Below are positions 13,701 to 26,484 of a stretch of DNA of 64,000 nucleotides, piece by piece. The translations under genes and the position numbers were made by a program. Source of the DNA: Pocillopora damicornis (Eukaryota). Numbering within the stretch: position 1 is the stretch's first letter; each line of letters starts with the position of its first letter. The notes beneath the pieces were generated by a model, which was not told where the DNA came from, did not search any database, and saw only the letters and a list, made by a program, of their open reading frames with translations. Location of the stretch: NCBI RefSeq assembly GCF_003704095.1, contig NW_020846334.1:186001-250000 (forward strand). The letters are read 5' to 3'.

Positions 13701-14206
13701 TTTTGTCACATCAAGTCTTTCTTAGAGATAGCGTACATTGAACATCAGGCACATTCGATATGTATGGTCTCCAGAACAGAATGTATCAATTTCCTAATTT
13801 TTGGGAAAGCATCTTTCAATCGCCAAAAAATGACAGACCAGCCTTTTCTCAGATTGAAAGCGCATAATAAATCTTCGTCTAGTACAAAAAAATAAAGGTA
13901 CGGACGCCTGAACTAACGGTTTGCAATTTCACACAGTCAGAGCATTGAAATCTCTGATGTTAGCGATTGATTATATGAAAGGCGAAATCTCAATTCGCGG
14001 CGTTCTCTAAGTTTTATTCCGATGAAATTGACGCCGGACAAAGTAAATATATATCAGGTGATAGAGTAAACGAAGAGCGCGTGCATTTTTTTTTAATATT
14101 CTAACCTTGCATAAGTGCACTGCGGGTGTTCAGAAAACCTAACATTTAGGAACGAGCGCAACTTCGCTGGCTTTATCGAATAAAACTTACCAAAGTAAGG
14201 AATCAT
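4701..14206 (-). CDS. Gene A: type I membrane protein, signal peptide + 8 CUB domains + TM + short tail (cubilin/tolloid-like CUBs), about 1080 aa
   Basis: Exons: 14206-14191, 13090-13055 (MIPYFGLLLLLKSLAAEG), 12088-11720, 10896-10543, 10086-9724, 8631-8248, (start in gap)7978-7244 with two CUBs, 6655-6275, 5699-5325, 4900-4701 (TM ILKIVGICVGALSLLCTIVAGS). All visible junctions are GT-AG phase 1. CUB motifs: SPxYP, CxWxI, DYVEVRDG, GKYCG, PGF. Confidence 0.85.
7979..8078. other. Assembly gap hiding the acceptor of gene A's double-CUB exon; other gaps at 11317-11425, 18859-18958, 25067-25166 and 33799-33898
   Basis: N runs. Confidence 0.98.
9386..9616. mobile_element. Penelope-like pLTR remnant in inverted + direct (hairpin) arrangement
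   Basis: The right half matches 19260-19390 and 43860-43992; the left half (9390-9475) is its reverse complement. Confidence 0.65.
9695..11215 (-). repeat. Tandem duplication (~820-bp unit) of a CUB exon plus flanking intron in gene A
   Basis: 9695-10390 aligns with 10514-11215 in both exon and intron (e.g. gattatcgtgaacgctttaacaa / gattatcgtaaagactttgataa). Confidence 0.85.
12218..12475 (-). mobile_element. tRNA-derived SINE-like repeat
   Basis: B-box-like GGTTCGATTCC on the minus strand. Body (gctgatcccagcagtatgcaggac on minus) shared with copies at 22830-23440. Confidence 0.65.
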
Positions 14207-16224
14207 CCTTTATCCTTCCTCGAGGGCAAGCCCTCTACTTCGTAAGTTCTGCAAATGAACGGCTTATCTCTCGTCTGTCAAGCGTACGTGTCAAGCGATG
14301 TCAAAGATAGAATTATGTATTTAAAGTAACGCCATGCAGTCAGTCACGGTTTCGTCACAGCTAAAATGTAGCCAAACTGTGGGACAAATTAAAGGAAAAT
14401 AGTTTGAGCTATCGCACGTTGTACTGATTTATAGTCAAGTTCAACTTCATTTTCATTCAGTTATAATGGATGTTAAGCTGTACCGCAGCCTGATGTCAGA
14501 AATAAGACAAGAATAAAACTTATCAGTTCGAAATTTTTACTACCAGCTAATTATTGTTTGAAAAGGTCACCCAGCATAATTAGGTCTTTTGCCCGAGTTA
14601 AACCTAGTTAATCCTACCTTTCACATATCAATATGCATGATCAGATGTACATACATAGATCTCGTATTGTTCAAATGTGGCTTGCTTCGCAAGCAGGCAA
14701 TTGAGATATAGTGAGTACTGTGTTCTGATTGGCTAATGGATCTAGCTTGCCCCCTCCTCACCACGCACAAAAGAGAAAACATGTGGTGTAGGACACACCT
14801 AATCAACTAAGGTTTCTGTTCGAAATATCTCGGGGTTTCCCTGTTTGTTTCTTATGTTTTCCCTCGAAATTTCGCGTTGAGACTTTGGCGTGTAGCCAGT
14901 CATAGTTTCCCACCACGCATGCCCTACGTTTGACCGCTGTGTCTTGTTTGCGCCCGCAGGACCTAATCCCTTGGGATTTTCAAGGATGACTTAGCAGTGG
15001 CAAGAATCTTTCGTTTGCATGAAGAGTCTCACTCTTTTTTATTTCGATTGTAGGGGGCTGTAAACGGACTTTGTTTGCATGTCTTTCTTTCTTGTCCTTT
15101 TACAATGTCCACCGGTTCGAAACTGTAAAATCTGTAGAATGTACGCGAATAAAGCCTCTAAGGTTGGATCCATATTAGAGAAGGTTTCTTTAAAAGGTTT
15201 TTGTGTTTACTGCACCATTTTTAAGGAGATGCGAATGGTAATTTCCACTGAATTGAAATAAAACATATTCAGTGTCTCTTCGAAATACACCATTGATTTC
15301 ATTGTGTACGTACCCCTACCTGAAATATATGGCAAGGAAATTTTAATTGTAGGAAGTTTCGAAAAGAGTATTTTGCACAATTGTACATTTTCAGTGTATA
15401 CTTTTTTAAAACCGGCCCTCGCTTCCTCTGGATCGACACAATTTCCTCGGTCTTACATTTAACACGTTTTACCATTTTTTAGCAAAAAAAAAATTGAATT
15501 TCATCGGCTGAGTGAAACTGTCATTTAGTCCTCAATTGATTAAAATAATAAAAGGAACTCCATTATTTTTCACTTTCAAATAGCTTTAGCTTAATAACCA
15601 CCAAATGCGATAAACTAAACCTTACTGCTTATCATGTTGGACTTTAAACAATGTAAATGGAATCGTTAAATTTATCTTGAATAAATTACCAAGGACATTA
15701 TGAAATTTTGAGAAATGCTGGAGTGTTTTATTTATCCATCCGTCTTTTTTGCGATGCACCTTCTTAGGCGATAAGAGCATCTCTCTAACCTTTCTTTGTT
15801 GGTTTTTTCGTGTTTCTTAATTTTTGCAATTAAGCGTGGTGACGTGGATAGTTTTTAAGATTATCTAGTCTTAGTAGGGGTTCGAAACTCCATTCAGAGA
15901 CCATGCTAAGTGCAGTATAAACGAGTCATAAATAGGCTACAACGAAAGCGTGCGAGTTTGCATGTGAGGTACTGTTGGCAGGGACCACTGTCAGCGCGCA
16001 TTCCAGCGAAGATTCCTTCAATCACGAAAAGTTGTCGGCCACAGATACGCTTGTAAATGCAAGGCGGAATCAAAAAGTCAAGTTATGTCATGGCTGGATG
16101 GACGATGGTACATGTAACTACAGACGACGTTATGTTGTGAATCAGACGTCAAAGGCTAGTAATTAGGGACTTCTATTTGAAAACGATTTAGTGCAAGATT
16201 TTTTGTCTACAATCGAAACCTCTC

Positions 16225-17229
16225 ATGAATGTTTGTTGCAAGATGAACTCAAGTGAAAAGTTCTGCGTCGATTCTACTTTATCAAACGAATTGGCTCGTT
16301 TTAAACTAACACCAACCATCTATAACATCTTGGTAGGTGTATGCGTCACAAATGGTCTCTTATCGCCAATCGCAGTGGCAGGAAATGGTCTCGTTCTTGC
16401 TGTTATTCTGAAGTTTCCAAGTCTTCAAACTAACTCGAATCTTCTGATATTTTCGCTTGCTACAACAGACATTCTCGTCGGTGCGGTGGTACAGCCCTCG
16501 TTCATTGTGTACATCGTTAGTAAATTAAGATTGGACTTCTCCTGCATGGCTTTTATGTCGTACTTATATACCGAGATCTTCAGTCTCGGGCTGTCTATTT
16601 TAATGTTAACCCTCGTGTGTTGCGATAGATACTTTGCTATAGTTTTTCCATACAAGTACATCACTCGCGCCACGAAGAAACGAGTCATAAAAACTGTGGT
16701 TATTTTCTGGGGCTCGTGGTTTCTGTTCAACGTTATATGCAGAGCAGTGAGAGTGAAAAACGACGAGTTCTTTTCACCCGTTGCCTCCGTTGTGATCGCA
16801 GTTACTTTCAGTTTGAACATCGTTTTGAACTTCAAAATTTTCCGCATCGTGAGACTTCACAAACGACAGATTCTTTCCCACAACCAAGTCATCATTGACT
16901 TTAAGACACGAGAAAATCCTGAAGGACAAGGTAAGACGGAAAGCGACAACCCACGGACCCGTTCACAAGACACACGCATGGCTGTCACAGTGTTGTTAAT
17001 TTCCGGGGTACTCATTATCTGTTATTTACCTCTTATGTTGACTTCGGTGGCGGATATGATAGTAGACAGAGATGATATCTTCGATCACGTTATTTATCCA
17101 TTAGCAGAGACTGTAGCATTTCTTAATTCTTCTTTAAATCCGTTTCTCTATTGTCTGCGGTTCAAGGAGCTAAGACACAAAGTGAGTCAGCTTTTAAGGA
17201 TTTCGACCGCCTCCAATGAAAACAAATGA
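16225..17229 (+). CDS. Intronless class A (rhodopsin-like) GPCR, orphan cnidarian type
   Basis: 334-aa ORF with 7 hydrophobic segments. Motifs: TM1 GN, TM2 SLATTD, TM3 CDRY, TM4 W, TM6 CYLP, TM7 NSSLNPFLY, helix-8-like RFKELR. Confidence 0.93.
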   Translation: MNVCCKMNSSEKFCVDSTLSNELARFKLTPTIYNILVGVCVTNGLLSPIAVAGNGLVLAVILKFPSLQTNSNLLIFSLATTDILVGAVVQPSFIVYIVSKLRLDFSCMAFMSYLYTEIFSLGLSILMLTLVCCDRYFAIVFPYKYITRATKKRVIKTVVIFWGSWFLFNVICRAVRVKNDEFFSPVASVVIAVTFSLNIVLNFKIFRIVRLHKRQILSHNQVIIDFKTRENPEGQGKTESDNPRTRSQDTRMAVTVLLISGVLIICYLPLMLTSVADMIVDRDDIFDHVIYPLAETVAFLNSSLNPFLYCLRFKELRHKVSQLLRISTASNENK

Positions 17230-17307
17230 ATTTATTAAAGGCAAGAATACATGTAAAATTAAAAAAAATTGGGCATCAGTGTAATCTGTGAAGTTTTTAT
17301 GTGATAA

Positions 17308-17381
17308 CTTTTCACCCGTTACATCCGTGATCGCAATCATTTTCAGTTTGCACATTGTTTTAAACTTCAAAATTTTCCGCA
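17308..17381 (+). repeat. Diverged ~75-bp copy of the GPCR TM5 segment (16770-16846) just downstream of the GPCR stop
   Basis: ttttcacccgttacatccgtgatcgcaatcattttcagtttgcacattgttttaaacttcaaaattttccgca aligns to ttttcacccgttgcctccgttgtgatcgcagttactttcagtttgaacatcgttttgaacttcaaaattttccgca. Confidence 0.85.
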
Positions 17382-18808
17382 AACTCGTTGTCAAGCTTCC
17401 TTTTCTTGTCGCTCCCGTAGAGAGAGAAATACCTTGGGGGTATCTCTTTGTCGTCACAGGAAGCGGGATAAATTGACAAAAACCTACGTAGTTTTCTATT
17501 TTTTAGGCAATGTCTATTTTTTCGGACTCCGTTAGCAGTAAATACTACCTAAAAACCTAATCCTTACCCCAAAAGTTTTGCCAAAGAAGCTTGCGCTAAG
17601 AAACCACCTGGCACACCCAGAGAGCCAGTCAAAACAAAGCATTCGCTTTATCTTGCTCACCTGAGGAGTTAGCGATAAAACTCCTTACGAAAATGTATTG
17701 GTAAACTTCATGTAAACATACACCAGGAACTATGGGCGGCCCATAAGGAACCTTCTCTAGAACTTTTTCATAGATTACATAAACTAATTTTAACACATTC
17801 CTCTCCATTTCTTTTCCAAAATACCAAACCGTTTCGTTAGCCCATAACATTAGGATAACACACATATTTTTGAATAGCCATTCCGAACTCTGATTGTATT
17901 CGTTCAAGGGTTTTTAAACCAGTTTACACTCACTTTACTTGGTTCGTTTTACCGCTTGATAGTCTCGTACCCAGACCTTCCACGGCCCAGCGGTTGTTAC
18001 AATTAAACGGTAGTAACTGTGTGCGAGATTAACTGCTAACAATGCTTCTAACCATAAAATTAAAAAGATTTTCTAAGAATTCTTGGAAATAAGAATTACT
18101 TGGTTTGAGGGTGCACGTGTTTAGAGGTAACTTCAAGTCATTCATGATTGGCGTTGGTCAGTCGACACGACGAGGACACTTAGTGGTCTGTTATACCACC
18201 TATTTAGAACAGAAGAAATGCCTCAGCTTAGCTTTCAGTAAATGAGTTTCATGTTAAGGGAGCGTGAAAGGTCAAGAACGAAAATAACTTTATTTTCCTT
18301 AGCTTAGAAACTGCATGGTGGCATTTTTTGCGTACCTGAAAACAGTACGCGAACATAACCCGAAAGGAGGAGCTGTTTAGACCTCAGAAACGGTTGCGTG
18401 ACTTCGGTTTTCTTTACAGAGAAGAGAGCAGAATTTTGCGTTCCCACCGTCTGTGAGTTTTTGAAAGCAGCAATGTCCTTTATTTTAGGTGGGTAAAAAC
18501 ATTGTTAATGATTTTAGATAACTACCGCAGAATCTATCATGGTAACCTTTCATATAAATGACATTTCTTTGCTCGGATTCACATGCCACGACAGCTGAAT
18601 TGGCGGCTGTGGGTACTTTCTTGTTTACATGTCTTTTAGTTAAGAGGATCCCTGATTTTCTCGCATGAAATAACCCCAATTAAACGGAAGTAGACGAGAG
18701 ATTATATCTCTCATAGTTACTGAATTTTATGGAAGTAATCTTATTAGCAAATACGCGAACTTTTACACGTCCTCTCCGCAAGATTTTGTACAAAACAATA
18801 CCTCACAG

Positions 18809-19390
18809 GTAATTTTAGAGTTGAGTTGAAAACGTAAATTTACCACCGTAAAGAGTTTNNNNNNNNNNNNNNNNNNNNNNNNNNNNNNNNNNNNNNNNNN
18901 NNNNNNNNNNNNNNNNNNNNNNNNNNNNNNNNNNNNNNNNNNNNNNNNNNNNNNNNNNGATGAGGACACATCCAAATCAGTCGCTAGACACTTTAATCTC
19001 CCTAAATCATTCCAAACAACGTATGGCAGTTTGCGGTCTCTCCCTACATCTAGGCAGTTCAGAAGGCCAAAAAACACTAGAGCAAAAATTTATTTTCTAA
19101 ATCGGTATTCTTAATCCCCATGGTATCCATAAGCGATTTTCATTCAACTAATTTATTCTTGTTTTCTTGTCACTATATTCCCACCAATAGCATAGCTCCA
19201 TTTTCTACGTATAAACCCACACACAACCCACAATTCCTCCAATTGTTCTGACCAAGGGCTTACAGTTGAAACATCAGCCTTTAAACTATTTACGGTGGTC
19301 AATTTTTCAACTCAGTTGTCAACATCAAATTACCTGTTATACTCTTTTACCAACACAGCACCACAATTTCTTTAGAAAGTTACCCTCTTT
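18809..19390 (+). mobile_element. 5'-truncated Penelope-like retroelement remnant (GIY-YIG C-terminus + pLTR, inverted 5' piece, 12-bp flanking direct repeat)
   Basis: 18959-19151 reads, with one frameshift and one stop, SKSVARHFNLP/NHSKQRMAVCGLSLHLGSSEGQKTLEQKFIF*IGILNPHGIHKRFSFN, resembling a PLE endonuclease C-terminus. 18809-18858 is an inverted copy of the 3' pLTR. AATACCTCACAG occurs at 18797-18808 and 19391-19402. Confidence 0.8.
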
Positions 19391-19878
19391 AATACCTCAC
19401 AGAGGCTTGCTGGGTGTTTTATATTCATGATAAAGATTCAATATGATATTCATCAACAATGGCTGTAAGGGAAACTTCACCTTAGATTGTGGGGTGCAAG
19501 TGACTAATAGACTTGGGCTTGGATGTTTTTCTTACACTGTTGGAACTTCGTTCATTGTTACATTTGTAAAATCTCCCATGTAATTTGAGACACTGTCCAG
19601 CAGATGGTAGATGAGAATTATTAAAAGAAAAAGCATTTTGAAACAAAAAAAGTTATACTGGAAATAGGTAAGATTCTCAAAACTCATTTATAGGGAAATA
19701 TGTAATGGTAGAAGTGAGAATTATCTACAAATCTATTCCTTGAGCTTTTTCAGTGCCACTTTAATTATTGGAGGCCATATTTCAAAGCAATGATTAACCT
19801 TTACCTAACACAAGTCATGTTGACATCTCAAGTTTTAGAGAAATAATAAGTGCATTGTGTCATGTTTTTTCTTTTCAG

Positions 19879-22800
19879 TGTTTTGTTTGCTGCTCTGCAA
19901 ATTAGCAGTGACTGAAGGTAATTTATTCAAAAATCAATTAACACAATTTACTTTTGATAAGTTTTAGCACTGTTACCAAAGTTCAGTGAAATCCAATTGA
20001 GAAGTCTTTACAAGCTACAAGACATGGAAAACCAACTAAACAATGTGATGTGAGAGAGTGAACTCCAAACATAAACTTAGCACTGTGGTTTTTACCTTGT
20101 GTCAATACTGACTTTTACAACCAATCTCCTGAAGTGAAAAATATTACTTGAAGTTAACAGTTCACAATCAAAGTTACCCTTGAAATCTGTGATCTTAACA
20201 CTGCTATAACAAGGCTGTGGAGCTGAGAAGTTAGGCCAGCCTTGGGCTTGTAATCTGGTGGTCCTACATTCAAGCCCTCCACTATTCTACACACTAAATT
20301 AATTTTATTGATATCCACGACTTCAGTGCCTTGGCTGCATTTATTTTTAAAAGCTTTGTTGATTTAATGTTTGTTTCAAATCAGTTTGCATTACTGCTGA
20401 AATGACTAATTCAAGGAGTGTCAATTGCATTTGATGTTATTATTATTATTACTATTATTATTATTAAGTATTGTGAATTCTTCTCTTCTAACAGGGCTGT
20501 CTTGTTCTTCTTCAAATTCTCGTGACCAAAACATGAACATTTTATTGCAAAGTTCATCTGGAGTCATTGAAAGCCCAGGGTATCCAGATGGTTACTCTTA
20601 TGAGGTGATCAGCCAATGCCACTGGAAGTTAGTAGCCCCAGAGGGTAAAATGGTTCGCTTGACATTTCTGAGTTTTCAAATGAATGATTATGATATAGTG
20701 GAAATCAAAGATCCTGTTGATAATTGGAGTGCCTACCGCTCAATAATGCGATCTGGTTATTTGCCTACATTCACTATATTCTCAACTGGACGGCAGCTTG
20801 AGATAAAGGTGTCAGGAAATCGCGGAAAAACTGGTCCAGGATTTTCTGCAACTTACAAGATGGTACCTGCTGCAGGTGGGGACAAAGATATTCTTGGTTT
20901 GGCATACTATACAATTCACTTTTTGCTTGTTAGACTGTTAGACTGGTTTGATTCAGTGTAAAATACGATGTTAAAAATGAATTTTGAGACAGTATCCCTT
21001 CCATTGTGGGGACCAACTGAGCCTCAATACTCTTAGCCTGCAGAGCAGGCATAATTTTGGCAAGCGAGTGTTCAGTATTTTCTTAACAGAAATTATGGCC
21101 ACCATCTTTGATTTTAATGGCAGCAGAAGGCTAGGGAGAGAAAGAAATTTGTAGCTAGGGGGCAGTTGATGGCCAAAAATAAGGAGAGGGGTAGGGGTAG
21201 GGAAATGAAGGTTACCCCCATTGTCCACTCTAACTCCAAAATCAAACATGGCCAGTCAGATAAACAATTGCGAGCTTATAACATTAGCTGGCATCAATAA
21301 GATGACTGCCCTGCAGGCTACAACACTCTTGGAGGGACTGTTAACTAAGTTTTACTGTTTTCTAAAACATAAGTTTTGATAATTAACCCTTTAACTCCCA
21401 GAAGTGATTGGGAAGTAACTTCTCCCTATAATATCCATACACCATTCAGCAAACAGGTGATGAGAATATTGAAACTTATCATGTAGAGGATGTTATTATT
21501 GATCTAACACCAAATTCTCAAACTGATTGAAAAGCAGCTAGAGGGGAGAATTAAAAATCAGATCCTGGGAGTGAAAGTGTTAAGAAAATTGTATGCTACA
21601 ACACAGGAGGATATTGTTGAATATAACAACCAGTTAAAGGAAAAGCTGAAGGAGAAATAGATTCTTTTTAGTTGGGAGAATTTCCTTTTAGATGCCTATG
21701 AAGAGTTAAATTTTAACTTAAGGAGTTGCATTGGTGCTAGATTATTTTGTAACATGTCCTTTCTTTCTGCTTTTTTTAAGTTTCACATGGAAAATGCAAC
21801 CCTGAAAAAAATACCACAGTGCACCTGACAGGTGAAGGGATGAGTTTTTTTACTCCGAAATTTCCTATGTACTTGGGCAAAGGAGCTGCTTGTGTTTGGA
21901 ACATCACAGTTTCTGGTGGAAAGTTTATCAAGCTGACATTTTGGAGTTTCAGAGCCTCTGGATGTGAGAAGAACTATGCAAATGTTTCTGAAGTGACAAA
22001 TGGCAAACAGACATTCTTAGAAAAGTTCTGTAATAATCAATACAGAAGTGATCAGGTGGTATACTCATCAGGACACAATCTACTTATCTCTGCACTATTC
22101 AAGAAAGGTGGATTTGTTGCCACCTTTGAGGCTGTCAGCTCCATTCCTGATGGAGATTCTTGTCTCAATGATGACGAAATAGAGCTGAGTAGAAGTTCTG
22201 GTGAATTTGCAAGTTATGGCTTTCCCAATCTCTACCCTAACGATGCTAAGTGTACCTGGACAATAACAGCCCCCCCTGGGTATCTCATTCAGTTAACTTT
22301 TAACTCATTCAACTTGGAGCCTTCTCAAAATTGTAAAAAAGATTTTGTGAAGGTTGTGGAAGGCACACTCTATATTGATAATCCGGGTAACACTGTTCTT
22401 GGCACTTTCTGTGGTTCAACATTACCAGGAGTTATTCGATCAAAATACTCAACAATGTACATAAATTTTGAGACAGACAGAGCAGGAATGTACCGAGGCT
22501 TCCATGCAAGCTTCATAACATTTCCTGACCGTAAGTGCTCATTATCATTTTAATTGGTCAAATATTTTCTCTTATGCACCATTAATCACGTAACTGAATA
22601 TAGGTGGCAAAAAGCAAGGAAATGGCATCAATGTTCCACTAGTTCTGATCCCAAATTTCATCCAATACCATGAAAGTCTTCTTCATGAGTTGATTCACTT
22701 TACGAGAATGTGTTGCTGTCATTACAGAAGATAAGGAAAACCTGTTTGTTTGGAAAGCTGCTTTGAATTCCGTAGCCAATTTCTATTTTCAATGCTTGCT

Positions 22801-25352
22801 GCTTCTTAAGGAAGAGCTTCTTTGTCTGGTTGAGGTGTGGATAAAGAAAAACTTTTGAGTCCTCATAAAGAATGGAGCCTCAGACTAATGGTTTTATTTT
22901 TTAACCATAATTCTTGTTACCAAGATATCAACAATACTATTACTTTTTTTGAAAACAATACCATTGTTGGTGGTGTAAAAAGAGGTGGTGAATTTTTAAG
23001 GCCGGTGTACCAGTGAAAGAAGATATAAATAACACAGACATAATCAGAGAAAAAGAACTCGAAGTGCTCCCATTAGGAGTCAGTCCTCTGACTTTCCATT
23101 AGTACTTTGGATGCTCTTCCCACTGAGCTGTAGGGGACTTATCGCAGGCTAGGCCATTTAACTATAGCCAGTGTGACAAACTTATTTCATACTCCATTCA
23201 TCCATCTTCATTTACATCATGATTGTGCATAAGCATCACATATTAATATTCCTATCCTAGCAGCATGTAGGAAGTTTGTCACCATAGACCTAGTTAAAGG
23301 GCGTAGCCTTCCACGAATCTCCCATGGTCCAATGATAGAGCGTCCGAAGTAGTAATCAGAAGGTGTAGGTTTGACTCCTAATTTGCAGTACTCAGAGTTT
23401 TTTCTTTGAGTATGTCTGTGCCATTCACTGATTAACATCATCTTTTGATGCTATTGTTGATTTTAATATTATAATTGTTTCTGTTCTTTTTTTCAGCGAA
23501 TGTGGGACCCTGCAAACTTGATGGATTTGACAATGTTATTCAAATGACAGGCAGCAAAGGGGAAGTTTTTTCGCCCAAGTTTCCTCCGGGGACCCCTCCC
23601 AGAGACATGATGTGCACATGGACAATCACAGTTCCTGAGAGACACTTTGTCAGGTTCAACATGATTTTATTCAGGTTTGATGGCGACTGTGGGAAATGGA
23701 ACACCAGCCTTGAAATTCGCGATGGAGGGAATTCAGCCAGCAATTTGTTAAAGTTATACTGTGAATATATCTTTTATGGACGAGAGCTCTTCTCTAGCGG
23801 TCGGCAACTTTGGGTTAGGTTCAAATCTCCCAGGGCCGATTGGTCGTTTTTGCCTCGGTTCAGAGCAGTTTTTGAAGCAGTGAAACAATGTAAGGCTTTA
23901 TTTATTGAGTGCTGTTGAATTTTTCTCTATGTTGTGTGAGTTGCGAATACGAAAGAGACAGTATTTGCAAGGAAAATCATCTTTGCGGCGTCTTAACTAT
24001 TATTGTATCTCTCAGTTAGTGCATGCGCTAGGATTGGTCAATGTAGCGGGTTTTATCTCACTCTACGGCCCGCTAAATTCAATAATTTGTTTGATATGAA
24101 ATATTCCTCCTATATTTGAACCCAGAGATATCAAATATCCTTGCTACCCTTATTTCTCGGTCTGCACCGTAAGTTACGGAAACTCGTTTTTTTTCGCTCC
24201 CTGTTAGCCTGCGCGCCCCGCGTTGGGGCCGTACATCCGTGTTGAAAAAAACTCGGTCCGCGAACTCGGTTTGTAAGATGTACTTAAAAGCGAGATTATC
24301 CTATATTTAGGGGGCTTGTAAATAAGGGGTCGTGAATACTGACCTTTAACAGAGCGAAGGTAAATATTACACACAGAGACGTTAGGAACTGATGTGCATT
24401 CATGCATACAGCCGCTAGCGCGGGAAAACATTTGCAACCAAGTCACGTTGGTTTTGATTTTGCTTCTAATTGGTCGAGAGCCTGTGTCACTTTTCTGGAA
24501 CAGTAATGCACTGCAGTGATGAAAGGAAATACATTACAATGAAATACCAGATACTTCTACACTCGATTTTAATAATGCTCTTTAGTGTTACCTTTTTAGA
24601 AAGGAAAATTTTTTTATTTTTATTTTCGTATTTTCAGTACCAGCCCCCTATTCTTGCGTGACAGATAAGCGCGACTTTGATCTGTCGTCGGAGACTGGTG
24701 CCCTAGCCAGCTACAACTACCCTCTGCCGTATGATCTGCCGTATACAGTTGATTGTACCTGGACAATTAAGACTGGGAAACTGAGAAAAATCCAACTGTG
24801 GTTCGACTCGTTTAATCTAACAGACACCAATCCAGAGTGTTCGCATTCTGATGTCGTCGAGGTCGGAGATGGCGACTGGTCTCTGGGTGGGACACTGATT
24901 GGAAAATTCTGTGGATCACAGATGCCTCCAGTTATAAACTCAAATGACTCCACCATGTGGGTCCGGTTTATTACCACTGGAAAGACGAAACATCCCGGAT
25001 TTAAAGCGAGCTACAAATCAGTTGGTCAGTTTGAGTACCATGTGTGCGTGTGGCATGGAAATTCTTNNNNNNNNNNNNNNNNNNNNNNNNNNNNNNNNNN
25101 NNNNNNNNNNNNNNNNNNNNNNNNNNNNNNNNNNNNNNNNNNNNNNNNNNNNNNNNNNNNNNNNNNCTCTCCCCAGTGTCCACTCAAGGCATTCTGGTGA
25201 TACTGGCCGGTTGTCTCGGTGGGGTTCTTCTTTGTTTAGTGATTGGAATTGGATGCCACAGATATTGCCGGTCACGTCGATATCGAGCCACACGCGGTGA
25301 CGAAATTTTAGTTATTCCGTTGCGCGAAGAAGATGTCGCCACTGAATTGTAA
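19879..25352 (+). CDS. Gene B: type I membrane protein, signal peptide + 5 CUB domains + TM + short tail (first coding exon not located)
   Basis: Exons: 19879-19917 (xFCLLLCKLAVTEG), 20495-20875, 21781-22530 (two CUBs, 750 nt), 23497-23889, 24638-25024, 25177-25352 (TM ILVILAGCLGGVLLCLVIGIG; ends ATEL*). All phase-1 GT-AG and colinear with genes A and C. Confidence 0.85.
20437..20467. repeat. (TTA)n microsatellite
   Basis: Direct reading; it explains the poly-Leu start of ORF 20425..20961. Confidence 0.85.
21036..21320. mobile_element. MITE-like element with AGCCTGCAG termini
   Basis: tagcctgcagagcag at the left end pairs with ctgccctgcaggcta at the right end. Confidence 0.6.
21383..21583. 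mobile_element. ~200-bp TTAA-flanked MITE (piggyBac-like ends)
   Basis: ttaa-ccctttaactccca...tgggagtgaaagtg-ttaa. Related copies at 27905-28115, 28136-28340, 37171-37384, 42094-42305 and 44424-44623. Confidence 0.7.
22830..23440. mobile_element. Cluster of degenerate SINE fragments in both orientations
   Basis: Similar to the element at 12218-12475. tRNA-like head ccaatgatagagcgtccgaa...ggtttgactcct at 23329-23380. Confidence 0.5.
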
Positions 25353-26484
25353 ATGAGCCTGTTAATATGAACCATGAATTCTTAGATCAGTGTTGCTTCA
25401 GTAATACTAAAGCTGCACGTGATTTTGAGGCCAAATGAAGGGTGACTCTCTTGCAGCAATTATAAACTCCAAGTCGATTTTTGCTCTCCATGCACTGCAA
25501 GAACATTGGTGGAAAGAAGAGACTTCTCCTACTTAAGAAATCACCTACTAGTGCTCAGAGAAAAAAAGGAGAAAAAAGGATGAACTTACAACAGGGGGTT
25601 GCTATACCAAACCTAGGGTAAAGCTGGGTTAATTTTGGTGGACCATATTCTGAAAAATATTCAGAAAAGTAATATAACTTTATTTGTTTTGAATTGTACA
25701 CATCACTGAATTTATAACACGATGATACCTTGGACATTTTTAACTACAGTTAAACTGTAATATTAAATGAGGTGCTGGTTGTAGTTACACATAAGATGTC
25801 CACAAAACGTGTGGTTATGAGTGAGATTGTTATTAAGGACAAGTCATAGAGTATGGAGGTCGAAAAATAGATTGCTCCCGGCCTTCCAATCCCCTTTACA
25901 CGTGAAATGCCTTGTTGAGTCACACAAACAACACCCTGAAACGTTTGTTTTTATTATTCCCTTGGCCATCTTCGACTTGTTCCACTTGAACGATAAGTAT
26001 TGGATGTTAATTGGGGTTAGTGAGTGTTTTTTGGTGCCGTTTTCTGAAGCCAGAAGTTGTACAGTTTCATGCTTTACAATTAGGAGCAGCAATATCAACT
26101 GTAGGTATTTTTTTGCTTCGCAATAAAATCGGTTGAGCCCGATTTACGAAGTACGGCGAAGCACTAATCCTGAAACATCTTAAAGTTGAAAATGTCGCGA
26201 ACTCTCGCCATAAAGTCCAGATTTGTGTAAGGTTAATTATCACTCCATGCGGTAATCTTAAGACCATAAGTGGCTCGTTTTATATCCCTGGAGCTAAGTG
26301 AAGGGGCAGGAAAGGAAGAACGCGCGTGACCGTTAAGCGTGACACACCTTCTCACGTCCTTCTCTCGTTCCAATCTCTTCTTAGACGTTGGTTTCCTCAG
26401 CTAAATGAGAGTGGAGTAACCAGCAAGCTAAGTAATTGGAAAAATTCTATTTATTATCCCGGGCTACACTCGTTGTTTAAGTGG

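Noticed and set aside
19523-19540. ATGTTTTTCTTACAC as the first coding exon of gene B
   Set aside because: It resembles the paralogue starts, but the required donor (gttgga) is poor.
20425-20494. Poly-Leu 'signal peptide' at the start of ORF 20425..20961
   Set aside because: It is an intronic (TTA)n microsatellite upstream of the acceptor at 20494.
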